A stretch of 64,000 bases of DNA, from assembly GCA_047967505.1 (NCBI GenBank), contig CM106538.1, one strand, 5' to 3'. Both the position numbers and the translations under genes were made by a program. Below, piece by piece: positions 48,940 through 62,439 of this stretch (position 1 is the first letter of the stretch; each line of letters starts with the position of its first letter). This DNA is from Dipteris shenzhenensis (lineage: Eukaryota). The notes beneath the pieces are model-generated. The model was not told the DNA's origin and did not search any database. It was given only the letters and a program-made list of their open reading frames with translations.

Positions 48940-50508
48940 TGTCACGGGGGCGTGAAATTCTAGGTGCTTTAATGTACTACAAGACCGTGACAACTTTGGT
49001 TTTAAAAGTCCAAGCGTGGGCTTAATAATGTGTAATTAAACGCGGCATGGTGCCTAGCACATAAGCGTAATTAATCCCTAGGCCCAAAGGCATTCCAAGG
49101 AATTAAAAGAGTGGTTGTTGGGAAATGATGATGTGGCATTTTTAATGGGCCCCCTAGAGGGCCATGTACCTTCAGTGGCCCCCCTGCTCTAGTGCCTTCT
49201 ACATGCTCCTTTGCCATTCCTGGACCTTCCTGGGCTTTCTAAACTTCACATGTGTGGTTTTCTCTCTCATCTTCTCCCTTTGTTGAGATTTTGGACTGGT
49301 TTTTCAGCCTCCTTCAGCTGAATTCCGTTTTTCTTCATAACTCCTATCCGTTTGGATTCCTCGACTTCCGTTTGGCCCGATGGCTTCCCCTCTGCCTCCC
49401 CTTCGTAGTGATATGCTTTTCCCTCCGTGCGTTTGGTAGAACGGGCAGAGCTGAGCACTTCTTTTGCTGGTCGAATTTGCAAAAGTGGCTTTTTCTGGAC
49501 CTTTTTTCTTCTACCGCCTCCTGGGCCTCTCCTCTTGCAAAGCTACAGCTTTCTGTTGAATTTCGAGTGGTCCGACGCGCTGGTTGACTGGTTTTTCTCA
49601 GTTTTGGAGGACTTTCCGGCGATGAAACTTCTCCAAAACCTTCTCAATGCATTCCTCTCTGAAGCACGCTTCTTTTGAGCCCAAGAACTCCCACTTCTTC
49701 GCGACAGAAGTGCTTCTTTTCGCATTTTTCAATGGAATTCTTGCTGGTCGGCTCTTGTAAATGCTCTTTCTTCATGCCTTTGCACTCCTCTTTGGCTGAG
49801 AATGCAATTGGGCATTGGCTACTATGTCCTCTTGGCGATTGAGGACTTGGTTCGAGTCTTCACGGCTTGGTGAGTTGTGATTTTGCTACTGCAATTTCTT
49901 TTTGCCATAAGCTATTGGTTGGCCTCGTGTGCCACCGCTTTCTTGGCTCACAGGTGCCCAGGCAGTGCTATATGAGTCATTCTTTGGTTGGGTACTTTGC
50001 TGATTTTATTTTGGAGCTTTGAAAAGCTTTGTGAATGCCATCTGGAAACCACTCAAAGAGAGTGCAGCTGGGGTGCAGTGTGATTGCATCTGGACAGCCA
50101 ATGGAATTGCACTCGGAAAAGAGAATGCCTTTGGGTTGAGCCTACGGGTTAAGTGCACTTATGTGATGGTGGATGGTGTTATATGCTTGAAAGCCTTGCG
50201 AAGGCTTAGTGAATTGGGGCTGCGTGCTCAGTTGCAGGGAAGGTCTCCCAGATGCAACTTGTAATCATTTCATTGTGAAATATAAAGAAATACCGAAAGG
50301 GGCGCCACGGTGTTTGGGGCCAATCGGGTGCACTTGTCTATGTCTGTTGAGCAGGGGCATTCTAGCCTCCATCCCTTTTTCAGTGGTTTTGTTTGTGAAC
50401 AAATGGGTAAATGCCAAATGGTGATCATGCAATGGTTAATGGTTGTGATAGCTGAAGTGATTAAAGGTTTAGTTCCACTGCCCTCTGAGTGATTAGAGGC
50501 CGGTTTCA
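48940..50508 (+). repeat. 5' LTR (1569 bp)
   Basis: Repeat of 56149-57750, with about 5 substitutions and two indels (13 and 20 bp) seen by eye. Confidence 0.95.
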
Positions 50509-50509
50509 T

Positions 50510-50526
50510 TGGTCCCATTGCCGGGA
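50510..50526 (+). promoter_or_regulatory. PBS, tRNA-Glu-like
   Basis: TGGTCCCATTGCCGGGA 1 nt after the LTR; close to the complement of the plant tRNA-Glu 3' end. Confidence 0.65.
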
Positions 50527-50621
50527 TACCACACACTCTTTCTTAAGAGGTGGGCCTCGATAGTTTGGTGGAAGGATATCTTTGCTGCACTTTTTGACAG
50601 CTGAATATTACAACCATAAAC

Positions 50622-53600
50622 ATGGTGAGTACCCATGAGCAAGAGAGCTCCACAACTCCTCAAAGGAGAAGGCAGGAAAGCCTTAATGATCCAGCTAGTG
50701 TACAGCTGCAGGGAGCACAACAAATGCCTTTTGAGCAAGCCACACATGAAGCTACAACTGAGCTCAACGGTGATACTAGTTCTAGCAGTGAGTCAGATGA
50801 TGCTACTATGTTGAATGCACAGCTTGCAAGTGCAGTGACTGCTTTGACTCAGCTGGCTCAAAATTTGGCTCAGATTGTGCAAACAAATGCCAAGAAGAAG
50901 AAGAAATCAAGAAAGCACAAGCACGGAAAGAGTGAGTACACACATGCATCAGCTTCTCATGGCGGACCGCAAACTCATGCATCAGTTTCCCATGAGGGAC
51001 AGCCATCAAAAATGACTCAGAAAGTGACTTCCAAGAGAGAGGAATCGCCCAAAAGAGCACTTGAGAAAGAGGTACAAAAAGTACAGCCAGTGCAACAGTA
51101 TGAGCAGCCAGCACAAGGCCTTGGTTTGGGTATTTCTACTCCTCAAAATAATAATGTGCAGTCCATAAATGTGGCACAACCACCTCAGCCATATTTGAGG
51201 CAGCAACCTGAATATTTTGGTACAGATTCGATCTTTGATGCTATGTTGATTTCACCGCCAATTGGGCATAGAAAACAAGTCATGTATGACAATGTGGGAA
51301 TGCAGCCAGGCATGCAAGCCACAGCATATGCTCCCATGCCTAATGTTCAGCCAAGCATGGCTCTCCCTAGTGAAGGGAATGCTGCAAATATACAGCCATC
51401 TTTGGGACAGCTAATATCAAATGTATATAAAGAATTTAAGGATGGTGGTTCTCATGTCAAGTTTGATACATATAATGGAGTACAGGACAGGTACAAAGCC
51501 CTCACATTCCTTCAACAGTTTGATGCTGCATTTCTTGGGGGTTTGTTTACAGAAGCATCCAAGATGAGGAAGGTTGCCACATTTTTGAAAGGCAATGCAC
51601 TTAAGTGGTACACCAACCTTATGCTTCATGGAGATGCACCTACTACTTGGCTGGAATTTAAGCAAGTGTTCTCTTCTACTTGGCTTACTCCAACTTTTGA
51701 AGTTGAAGTATTTTCACACTGGCATGACTTGTCATACAAACTTTGCAAGAATCTTGATGATTACACCCAGAGGTTTTGGGATGTTTTGCTGCCATTGAGC
51801 TCTTACAGGCATGTTTCTTTGAAAGAGCAAATAGAGAGGTACTGTTGTGGATTGCCTAGTGAGCTACGTGATTATTGCATCAAAAACAAGGTGGGTTCTA
51901 TGACTCAATTAATTGAGAATGCAAGGACAGCATATGCATGGATGCAGGAGAAGAATTTGGGCTTTATAGACAGCAAGAAAGAAGACAACAAACGGGCTGC
52001 CAAACACCAGGATAAGGACATCAAATCTGAAAATAAAAATTATGGCAAACGACCGTTTCAAAAGGGAGGAAAAGCCCAATTCAAAGCTGGTCAAAGGCGT
52101 GGACAGCCTAATAAACAGCCCCGTACCAAGTTATCTGATGAAGAGAAAAAGTCACTCATGGAGCAAAACAAATGTTTTATATGCAAAGGAGAGGGACACC
52201 GCTCTTATGATTGCCCATTCAAGAAAAGAGACAGGTCAGATGATGATAAGAATGGTGATAAACAGGCTGATCGGAAGGGCAAAAAGCCTAAACCTTCTGC
52301 AGGACTTCTTCCAGATGTGATTGGGAGTTTGCCACATGCACATGATGAAGAGGAAATGAAAAAGACTGAGATGTGCAGAGCATGGGGAAAAATCAGAAAT
52401 CAGGATTGTTTGTTTTTCTTTGATTCTGGGGCAAAGGCAAATTTCATAACTCCTGATATGGCAGGAAGGCTTGGCATTGAGCCTGAGGAAATGGGGCCAT
52501 CCGGCATGTGTGATATGGCCAACCCTGAACTCAACACACCTGTCACTCCTATCATTGGCAAGTTGAGGATGCATATCCAGGGATATCAGGATGCAGAGGA
52601 CTTCTACATTATGCCTTTGCCAGAGTGTGATGCTTTGCTTGGGATGCCTTGGATGTACAGGGTGGGGGCTGATGTGCAGATGAGAAACAAGAAGATTTCT
52701 TTAACTCATAGAGGCAAAAATCATGTACTTGATGTAAAGTTGAAAGGGGAGTCCATCCCTATAGTTTCAGCTTCTTGTATTTCCAATGTAATAAAGCGTC
52801 ATATTTCAGCGTACTTGATTTTTGTCAAAGAGGACAGCCAACCAGTTCAGCAAGGCTCTACTCTTTCTGCTTGAGATAGAGAAAGGGTTGCTTTTATTTC
52901 ATATTTTCAGGATTGTTTCTCAGATGCACTTCCTCAAGAATTACCTCCCAAGAGGCCCGAGGATCATCAAATTGATATAATTCCAGGAAGCTCACCGCCT
53001 AATATACCTCCCTATCGTGTCAGTAAGGCACAACAGGAAGAGATAATGTCACAAGTGAAGGAACTCTTGGAAAAGGAATTAATACAGCCAAGTAATTCTC
53101 CTTATTGTTCCCCTGTGTTGCTTGTGCAAAAGAAGGATGGCAGTTGGAGAATGTGTATTGATTATAGGGCTTTGAATAAAGTCACAATTAAGAACCGTTT
53201 TTCAATTCCACGCATTGATGATATATTGGATCGGTTGGAAGGTTCCTCAATGTTCAGTCGTATTGACCTTAAAAGTGGATACCATCAGATAAGGATACGG
53301 CCTGAAGATGTCTACAAGATTGCCTTCCGCACTTCATTTGGCTTATATGAGTTCCTTGTGATGCCTTTTGGTTTGACTAATGCACCTGCCACTTTCAATA
53401 GAATGATGGACAGAATTTTTAGAGCACACAGAAAGTTTGTGGGCACTTTCTTCGATGACATCATTGTGTTCTCTAAAAATGAGCAGGAGCACAGGAAACA
53501 CCTCACTATTGTGTTTCAAGAGTTGAAAAGACACAAGCTATTAATAAACACCAAGAAAAGTGAGTTCTTTATGCATGAGATTCATTTTCTCGGTCATTTA

Positions 53601-55860
53601 GTGTCAAAGAATGGAGTCAAGATGGATCCTGCAAAAGTTGAGGCCATAAGGAGTTGGCCAATTTTGAAAAATCTGCATGAAGTCAGAAGCTTTCTTGGTT
53701 TGTGTTCATACTATCGGAGGTTTATAAAGCACTTTGCAGAAATTGCTTCTCCCTTGCATGCTTTACAAAAGAAAGCTGTACCGTTTCGGTGGGGACCAAA
53801 GGAAAATGCAGCTTTTGAAGAGCTGAAGCAAAAATTGTGTTCTGAACCCGTTATTATCTTGCCAGATCTTGCAAAACCCTTTGCTGTAACTTGTGATGCA
53901 TGTGGGAACAGCATAGGAGGCACTTTGATGCAGGATGGCAGAGTGGTTGCATATGAAAGTAGAGTTCTCAAAGATGCTGAATTGTACTTGCAGACATACG
54001 AGAAGGAAATGTTAGCACTGATACATGCTTTGACCACATGGAAACATTACCTTCTTGGAGCTGATTTTTATGTGCAAACTGATCATCAGTCACTTAGATA
54101 TTTTCTCACGCAGAGAAAATTATCTGAAAAGCACATGAGATGGGCTAACTTCCTCTCAATGTTTCATTTTCAAATTGTACATGTGCCGGGTAACAAAAAT
54201 GTCGTGGCTGATGCACTTTCCAGAAAACCACAGCCTGAAGCAGTCTCCAAGAAACCCAGTGTTTCAGCAGTGAGCATTGCTTACAACAATGTGTTAGATG
54301 TGATGAAAGATCAGTATGTTAATGGTGCTGATTTTTCAACTATTTATGAACAGCTTTCTGATGGTCAAAGGCATGATCACTAATGATCACTATATGTTGA
54401 AAGAGGGTTTCATTTTGATGCATGGACGACTCTGTGTCACTGATCAGATGCGACAGAAAGTCATAATGGAAAGTCATGCTCCTCCATATGCAGGACATAG
54501 GGGAATTACAGCAACAATTACAGCAGTGGAGCAATACTTTTATTGGCCATCTTTGAGGAAAGATGTGGAAGAATATGTGAGAACATGCATGGTTTGTCAG
54601 AAAGTAAAGTTTGACAGGCAGAAGGCACCTGGGTTGTTACACCCTTTGCCAATTCCGGATAGACCATGGCAAAGCATAGCTATGGATTTTGTGTTTGATC
54701 TTCCACGTACTCCTACTGGACATGATGGATTGTGGACAATAATTTGCAGGTTTAGCAAACAAGCCCACTTTGTGCCAGTAAGAAAGAAAATTACAGCAGA
54801 TCAAATGGCCAAATTGTTTTTGCAGCATGTCTTCAAGTATCATGGGATGCCTGAATCCATAATCAGTGATAGAGATCCGAGGATGACCAGCCTCTTTTGG
54901 AGAGGACTGTTTGAAAATATGGGCACTACTCTGAATTTTTCGTCATCTTTTCACCCTCAGTCTGATGGACAATCGGAGCAGGAAAACTCTACCATCTTGG
55001 ATATGTTTAAATGCTATGTCTCAGACCACAAAAGCAAATGGGAGCATTATTTGCCTTTGCTGGAATATGCTTACAATAATACGGTGCACACATCCACAGG
55101 TAAAGCACCTTTTGAAATAGTGGAAGGCGCCAGGAAGATACCTCCCATTTTGCATACAAAAGAGAAAATCTTCGAAGCTGATCGTTTTGTGGAAAGCCTT
55201 GAAGAGGCTTACAAGAAGATCAAATATGCCTTGCAAAGAAGTCAAGACAAGCAGAAAAGAGCAGCAGATAAGCACCGCAGGGAATTGGTATTCACAGAAG
55301 GTGATTGGGTTTTGCTGCGTTTTCAAAAGGCAAGGCTGAAAAATAAGAAAGGCAAGGAAAGGTTGTACACAAAGCTGAACATGCGTTACTATGGTCCTTT
55401 CCAGGTTTCTAAAAAGATAAACGAGGTAGCTTACAGGCTGAAGTTGCCTCCGCATTGGAAGATACATAATGCCTTTCATGTGAGCTTATTAAAGCAATAT
55501 CATGGAGATATTCCCGAGGATGTACCTGATGAGGTGCAGCCTGAAGTGGAAGAACAGGATGAACTTCTGGTCCCAGAGCAGATTCTGGCACACAGAGATA
55601 GAAAGCTCAAGGGTAAAGTTATCCGTCGCTACTTGGTAAAATTTCAAAATTACCCATCACTTGATGCGAAATGGATGGAGGAAGGTGAACTGGCAGATTC
55701 ACCTGGGATATTGCAGCTTTACCTTGATGCTTTCCAATTAGAGCCGATTGCGGCCCGGGCTCCTACAGGTAGTTCAGCAGAGCGAGCGTCTGGAGCATTG
55801 CCTGATGTTCGAGAGGGGGGTAGCACCTCCACTCCCTCAGTACAGACGGGCTCACTGTGA
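50622..55860 (+). pseudogene. Gypsy gag-pol with chromodomain; in-frame TGA at 52872 and frameshift at ~54380
   Basis: CFICKGEGHRSYDC, FFFDSGA, RMCIDYRALN, FFDDIIVFS, TCDAC, IISDRDP, GPF, RYLVKFQNYPSLDAKW. Confidence 0.93.
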
Positions 55861-56148
55861 TTTCATGAGGTCGCTTGATGACACTGTATGTTTCATCCGA
55901 GATACTGAGCTGACAGTATTTCTGCTGTGAGACTTCATGATATTGATGCATCTTGACTATTGATCGCCGAGGATCACAGAGATTTTGAGCAGTATATATG
56001 GATGGATGCATGCCTCTCCTAGCCATATTTTCACTATCTCTGTATACTATAGCTGCGGCTTTCTTGTATACTCTTTTATGCTATATTTCATGCTCGCTCC
56101 TGTGTTTTGGGGCAACAAACTGTGGTTTGCTGTTTCAAGAGAGGGGTA

Positions 56149-57750
56149 TGTCACGGGGGCGTAAAATTCTAGGTACTTTAATGTACTACAAGACCGTGAC
56201 AACTTTGGTTTTAAAAGTCCAAGCGTGGGCTTAATAATGTGTAATTAAACGCGGCATGGTGCCTAGCACATAAGCGTAATTAATCCCTAGGCCCAAAGGC
56301 ATTCCAAGGAATTAAAAGAGTGGTTGTTGGGAAATGATGATGTGGCATTTTTAATGGGCCCCCTAGAGGGCCATGTACCTTCAGTGGCCCCCCTAGAGTT
56401 CCAGGTGGCCCTAGTGCCTTCTACATGCTCCTTTGCCATTCCTGGACCTTCCTGGGCTTTCTAAACTTCACATGTGTGGTTTTCTCTCTCATCTTCTCCC
56501 TTTGTTGAGATTTTGGACTGGTTTTTCAGCCTCCTTCAGCTGAATTCCGTTTTTCTTCATAACTCCTACCCGTTTGGATTCCTCGACTTCCGTTTGGCCC
56601 GATGGCTTCCCCTCTGCCTCCCCTTCGTAGTGATATGCTTTTCCCTCCGTGCGTTTGGTAGAACGGGCAGAGCTGAGCACTTCTTTTGCTGGTCGAATTT
56701 GCAAAAGTGGCTTTTTCTGGACCTTTTTTCTTCTACCGCCTCCTGGGCCTCTCCTCTTGCAAAGCTACAGCTTTCTGTTGAATTTCGAGTGGTCCGACGC
56801 GCTGGTTGACTGGTTTTTCTCAGTTTTGGAGGACTTTCCGGCGATGAAACTTCTCCAAAACCTTCTCAATGCATTCTTCTCTGAAGCACGCTTCTTTTGA
56901 GCCCAAGAACTCCCACTTCTTCGCGACAGAAGTGCTTCTTTTCGCATTTTTCAATGGAATTCTTGCTGGTCGGCTCTTGTAAATGCTCTTTCTTCATGCC
57001 TTTGCACTCCTCTTTGGCTGAGAATGCAATTGGGCATTGGCTACTATGTCCTCTTGGCGATTGAGGACTTGGTTCGAGTCTTCACGGCTTGGTGAGTTGT
57101 GATTTTGCTACTGCAATTTCTTTTTGCCATAAGCTATTGGTTGGCCTCGTGTGCCACCGCTTTCTTGGCTCACAGGTGCCCAGGCAGTGCTATATGAGTC
57201 ATTCTTTGGTTGGGTACTTTGCTGATTTTATTTTGGAGCTTTGAAAAGCTTTGTGAATGCCATCTGGAAACCACTCAAAGAGAGTGCAGCTGGGGTGCAG
57301 TGTGATTGCATCTGGACAGCCAATGGAATTGCACTCGGAAAAGAGAATGCCTTTGGGTTGAGCCTACGGGTTAAGTGCACTTATGTGATGGTGGATGGTG
57401 TTATATGCTTGAAAGCCTTGCGAAGGCTTAGTGAATTGGGGCTGCGTGCTCAGTTGCAGGGAAGGTCTCCCAGATGCAACTTGTAATCATTTCATTGTGA
57501 AATATAAAGAAATACCGAAAGGGGCGCCACGGTGTTTGGGGCCAATCGGGTGCACTTGTCTATGTCTGTTGAGCAGGGGCATTCTAGCCTCCATCCCTTT
57601 TTCAGTGGTTTTGTTTGTGAACAAATGGGTTAATGCCAAATGGTGATCATGCAATGGTTAATGGTTGTGATATATGCTTTGTGAGCTGTAGTGCTGAAGT
57701 GATTAAAGGTTTAGTTCCACTGCCCTCTGAGTGATTAGAGGCCGGTTTCA
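56149..57750 (+). repeat. 3' LTR (1602 bp)
   Basis: Repeat of 48940-50508. Confidence 0.95.
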
Positions 57751-60700
57751 TAGACCATGCCATGCAACCAACACCGTGGGTATCTTCCGATTGCGCACTT
57801 GCATTGTTCCTCGGTCTAGGATTCCTGTTGGTTTGCGTCTTGCATTACCATCTATCTCCTGAAACAAAACAACACCCTCGATAGTGAGTCACCTGTATGC
57901 AAAAATTTCTTTAAACGAGAAACATGAAACACTGGGTGCACCTTACAACCTTGTGGCAATTCTAATTTATAGGCTACTTTGCCTATTCTTTTTAGAATTA
58001 ACCATGGCCCACAATATCGAGGTGATAATTTAGCACACTCTCCTGTAGTCAAAGACTTAAGAGTGCGAAGGAACTCTGAGAAAAACTTTTTCTCATTCCT
58101 TAAATTCTCTAGCGGATCGGTTTTCATCCGCATACGCCTTAGCTCTATCCATAGCTTGGCGGATATTAGCTCTCGCAAGTGCTAGCATCTCTCACATCTA
58201 AACCACAAAGTTCGCGGCACTAGGCACTTTCTGAGGTATTCCAACTATAGTTGGATTTGCTGGCCTATAACCATAGTTCAGCTCAAATGGACTGAACCCT
58301 GTACAGGAATGCTTTCTATCATTGTAGGCAAATTCTAACAATGGTAACCACTTGTCCCATGTATGTTGCCTCAATGACACATATGCTCTAAGCATATCCT
58401 CTAAAATTTGGTTGATTCTTTCCGTCTGACCATCCGTTTCTGGATGATCCCTACTACTCATTTCCAACTCACTCCTTAGTGTTACCGCAGTCCAAAAATA
58501 ACCGGTAAATTTGACATCTCTGTCTGACACTATGGATTTGGGTAATCCATGCAGACGAAATATATGTTTGATAAACAAATCCGCCACTGGCGGGGCACTA
58601 ACAGACTCTCTAGTTGGAATGAAGTGAGCCATCTTGATAAGACGATGAACCACCACAAGGACATAATCATATCCACCTTGTGTCGTAGACAGACCTACAA
58701 TAAAGTCCATGAAAATGCTCTCCCACCTACCTAGTGGTATCTCCAAGGGCTCTAAAAGTCCGGGTGGCTTCACCCGCTCTGCCTTACTTACCTGACACGA
58801 AAAACAACGTGTCACATATTCATGAATATGCTTTTTCATCTTTGGCCAAAAGAAATCTCGTCTCACGAGGTCATATGTCTTCTTGACTCCTGGATGTCCC
58901 ACACATGGGCTATCATGGCATTGTTGAATGACTCTCTGCTTCAGATCATTCTGATTAGGTACTACTACCTTGCCATTTCTTTTTAGCATACCATCCCTTA
59001 AGGCATATCTTGCATAAGTTTGGCCTTTTCTGGATGCCAGGTCATCCTTTTCCCCAGGTTTTAATACATGAGCCTTAGGCCAAAGGCTTTGGACGAACTC
59101 GTCCACCTTTTGAGTTTCTCTAATCTCAGTCATTAGAGCACTCTCTAATACCGTGAAACTCATATTATGCATAATGCATGACAATGCATCAACAACTTTA
59201 GTATCCTTTCCTCTTCGGTACCTAATCGTCAAATTAAACCCCTGCATGAGTTCTGCCCACCTAGCTTGGCGGCCTCTCAAGTCAGGTTGTGTACAAAAAT
59301 GTTTCAAAGTATCATGATCAACATCAACATAAAACTCTGACCCATACAAATAATGTCTCCATGTTTTCAGAGCATGGACAACAGCATACAACTCTAATTC
59401 ATGAGTTGGCCAATTTCGTTGAGGGAGAAAGCTTCTTGCTTTCAAAGGCTACTCGGCTTCCCTCTTGGAGGAGAACTGCTCCTACCGCAATGCCACTTGC
59501 ATCGATTTCAAGGAAAAACGGTTTTTGGGGATCAACTATTTTTAACACCGGTCCTAAGACCACAGCTTGTTTTATGGTGTTAAAACTTTCCTATTGATTC
59601 TGTCCCCATATAAAAGGTACTTTATCTGAGGTCAGATCAATCAATGGCGATACTATTTCGGAATATCCTTTGATATGCTTTCGATAAAATTGAACAAATC
59701 CCAAGAATGATCGCAAAGCGGTCAAACTCTGAGGGATTGGCCACGCCAGTATCGCTGCAACTTTCTTTGGATCCATTTCTACCCCCTCAGGAGTAATTAT
59801 GAATCCTAAATATTCAACTCTTACCATACACAATATAGTTTTCTTTTTATTTACATAAAGACTGGCTTTCCTCAAAGTACTGAACACTATTCTTAAGTGT
59901 TCATGATGCTCAGTAATACTTTTACTGAATACCAGAATATTGTCAATAAAGTGTACTACAAACTTTCCGATATACGGACGTAGTAAATAGTTCATAAGCA
60001 TGACGAATGTAGTTGGAGCATTGGTAAGTCCAAAGGGCATTACCAAAAACTCATAATGTCCAAACCTGCTTCTAAAAGCGGTTTTATGCACATCCTCGGC
60101 TCTAATACGGATCTGATGGTTATCTTACTGAAAATTACGGCCCCATGTAATGCATCTAGCAAATCATCGATCCGAGCCATCGGATACCTGTGCTTAATCG
60201 TGAAATTATTCAATCCTCTGTAATCTATACAGAGGCGAAAAGTATCATCTTTCTTCTTCTTTAATATCACTGGCAAATCAAAAGGTGAGAAACTTGGTTG
60301 AATCTGCCCCAACTTGAAATATTCTTCCAGTTGTCTTCGCACCTCTGTCTCTTCGGTAAAACTCAACCTATAGGGAGGTCTATTTACAAGTTCTGCCCCC
60401 GAGATTAGTTCAATCTTATGCTGAACATTTCGCTCTTGAGGTAACCCATAAGGTAGCTCATCCCTAAAACAATCAGAGAACTCCTCTGCTATTTGATCAA
60501 CCAGCTTGGCCATCTCTCCATTTTGAGCAACATCAGTACTAGCCGAAGAATCATCAATCGGCTCTACCAATGCTGTACAAAGAAACAAAAACTCTTCTTG
60601 AGCTTTTCGAATTTCCATTATGGAAACCAACGGTCCTTGAGATATATCTTTTTCACCTCGTAAGACATACATCACATTATTCATCTTGAATTGATAAATA

Positions 60701-62302
60701 TGCTTTTTTCAATTTATGGTTGGATTCTTCCTAGAATGCCAAGCCTTACCCAGGGCTATGTCTGCATGAGCAAGCTTAGTCATTTCAAAATCAAGCTTCT
60801 CAGCATAGTCCTGAATTCGAAGCTCCAACTGGGTAACCCTTTGGTCCCATACTTCAGTTGAACTTCCATCTGCCATTCTGACTGTATATGCATAGTCAGA
60901 TGGGCTAGTCTTTAGTTTCAGCCTCTTTACAAGCTTGGAGTTAATTACATTGTGCATTGACGCTGAGTCAAATAACACAATGACATCATGATTAGCTACT
61001 TGCCCTTTCATCTTAATTAACTCCGTATCATTAAAGACTGTATACCCCGTTGCTGCGGGCTTTGACAGGATATTATCAGGTGCACTAGTTACTAACTTAG
61101 TAACAGACATACATAACAAAAAAGGTACTAACCTTTGAGAGGATCCTGCTAGCTGAATTTGCATCTGTTCTGCTCTGGGACTTCCCTGCATTTCCACGTC
61201 GCATTCTGAGACCACCATCTCAGCCATCCGACGATCTTTGTTTCGTGGGACAATCTTTCCACTGATGAGGCTGAAAGCATCCAAAATACAAGCCTTCTCT
61301 CCTCGCTTTTTCCCTTTGCTCTGGGTTCAAAGAAGACTTCGACCAAGCCCGGGCTGCCATTGGTGTTACTTTTCTTTTCATTCCAATGGTGGTACTTGAT
61401 TTAGGAGTCTCAACTGGTTTCGCCTGCTTGGCTTGACCACTAGGCTGTGAGGCACTCCCTTTGCTAATCCACTTCTTCTTAAACCCAGTTTTCTTCGGGT
61501 ACCCATACTGAGTCCCAACCTACACAAACCCACTTGGTCTGTTCCCTTTTGCATCCTCATAGTTCAGGGGTATGGCAATTGCTTCACCTAGCGTGTTCGC
61601 ATACTTAGCCCGAACTTTCATCTTGATTCGATCATTCAATCCAAATATAAAATCTTTTACTTGGATTGACTGAGGTAGGGGTTCATCAACCTTCATTACA
61701 CCTTCTCTAAACTTATCAGTGTATTTTGCCACTGATAAATTTCTCTGACGAAGGTTTCGATACTAATCCCAAACTCGGGATGCTTCGTCATGAGGTAGGA
61801 AGTGTTTTCTAAATTCCTTTTTAAACCCCTCCCAAGTAGTGGATGCCACTCCATCTTTCTGTTGTTTTATCCACCACCTATACGCTGCCTCATTAAACAT
61901 ATGGGTGGCCTCGCAGATTTTCTTCATATCATTCCTGATTTCACAAATGGCGAATGCCTCGTCCCATTTGTGTAACCAGGTCTCAATGATATCGGAACTA
62001 CGGTCAGACATCCGACCAGAATACTTTTCTGGCCTATAATTGGAAATATTAGGCACCTTAGCCCTCCATTGGAGATTTACCTTTCTCCTCACGGGATGGC
62101 CTAGCAGTCTATGCACCATTTTCCTGAGCTCAGATTGCCCTACATTTGCTTGTAACTGTTGCGCTAAAATCTGTTGCAAGGCATCCTCTAACGTTGCAAT
62201 TCTGCCAGATAGTGTATGACCTACTGGACGCGACACCTGCGGAGTCGGCCGAACTCCCAACTCTACGGTATCCATCCTAGAAGCTTCTTCTTCTACTTCC
62301 AT
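57751..62302 (-). pseudogene. Decayed Gypsy gag-pol
   Basis: Fragmented ORFs colinear with 5228-9845; RT motif FIDD changed to FIDN; multiple stops and frameshifts. Confidence 0.92.
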
Positions 62303-62439
62303 TTAGGTCAATGGGTGTTTTTTTTTTAAAAAAAAAACAATAAAACACCGCTTGAGACTGTAATTACAATTCGAAAGTCCAACTTCCAAATTTACAGCTA
62401 ACCAAGCATATATCACACTGTAACCATATATTGTTTATG

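Larger units (their letters stand above)
48940..57750 (+). mobile_element. Ty3/Gypsy chromodomain LTR retrotransposon (second family), full length
   Basis: LTRs 48940-50508 and 56149-57750 (TGTCAC...TTTCA), TSD TAGAC (48935-48939 / 57751-57755), PBS 50510-50526, PPT AAGAGAGGGG 56137-56146. Confidence 0.97.
48490..62302 (-). mobile_element. Older decayed copy of the 3874-10405 Gypsy family, interrupted by 48940-57750
   Basis: Diverged 3' LTR part 48490-48838 (starts TGTTACGCTC on the minus strand), PPT 48839-48853, and gag-pol fragments at 57751-62302 and 48850-48939 highly similar to the 5228-9931 protein. Confidence 0.92.

Noticed and set aside
49252-50424. ORFs duplicated at 56474-57646
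   Set aside because: They lie within the two LTRs and have no recognisable domains.
62405-62430. TGTAACCA as the 5' LTR end plus PBS of the old minus-strand Gypsy
   Set aside because: It matches the LTR terminus, but the adjacent PBS is barely recognisable and the leader would be far shorter than in the intact copy.
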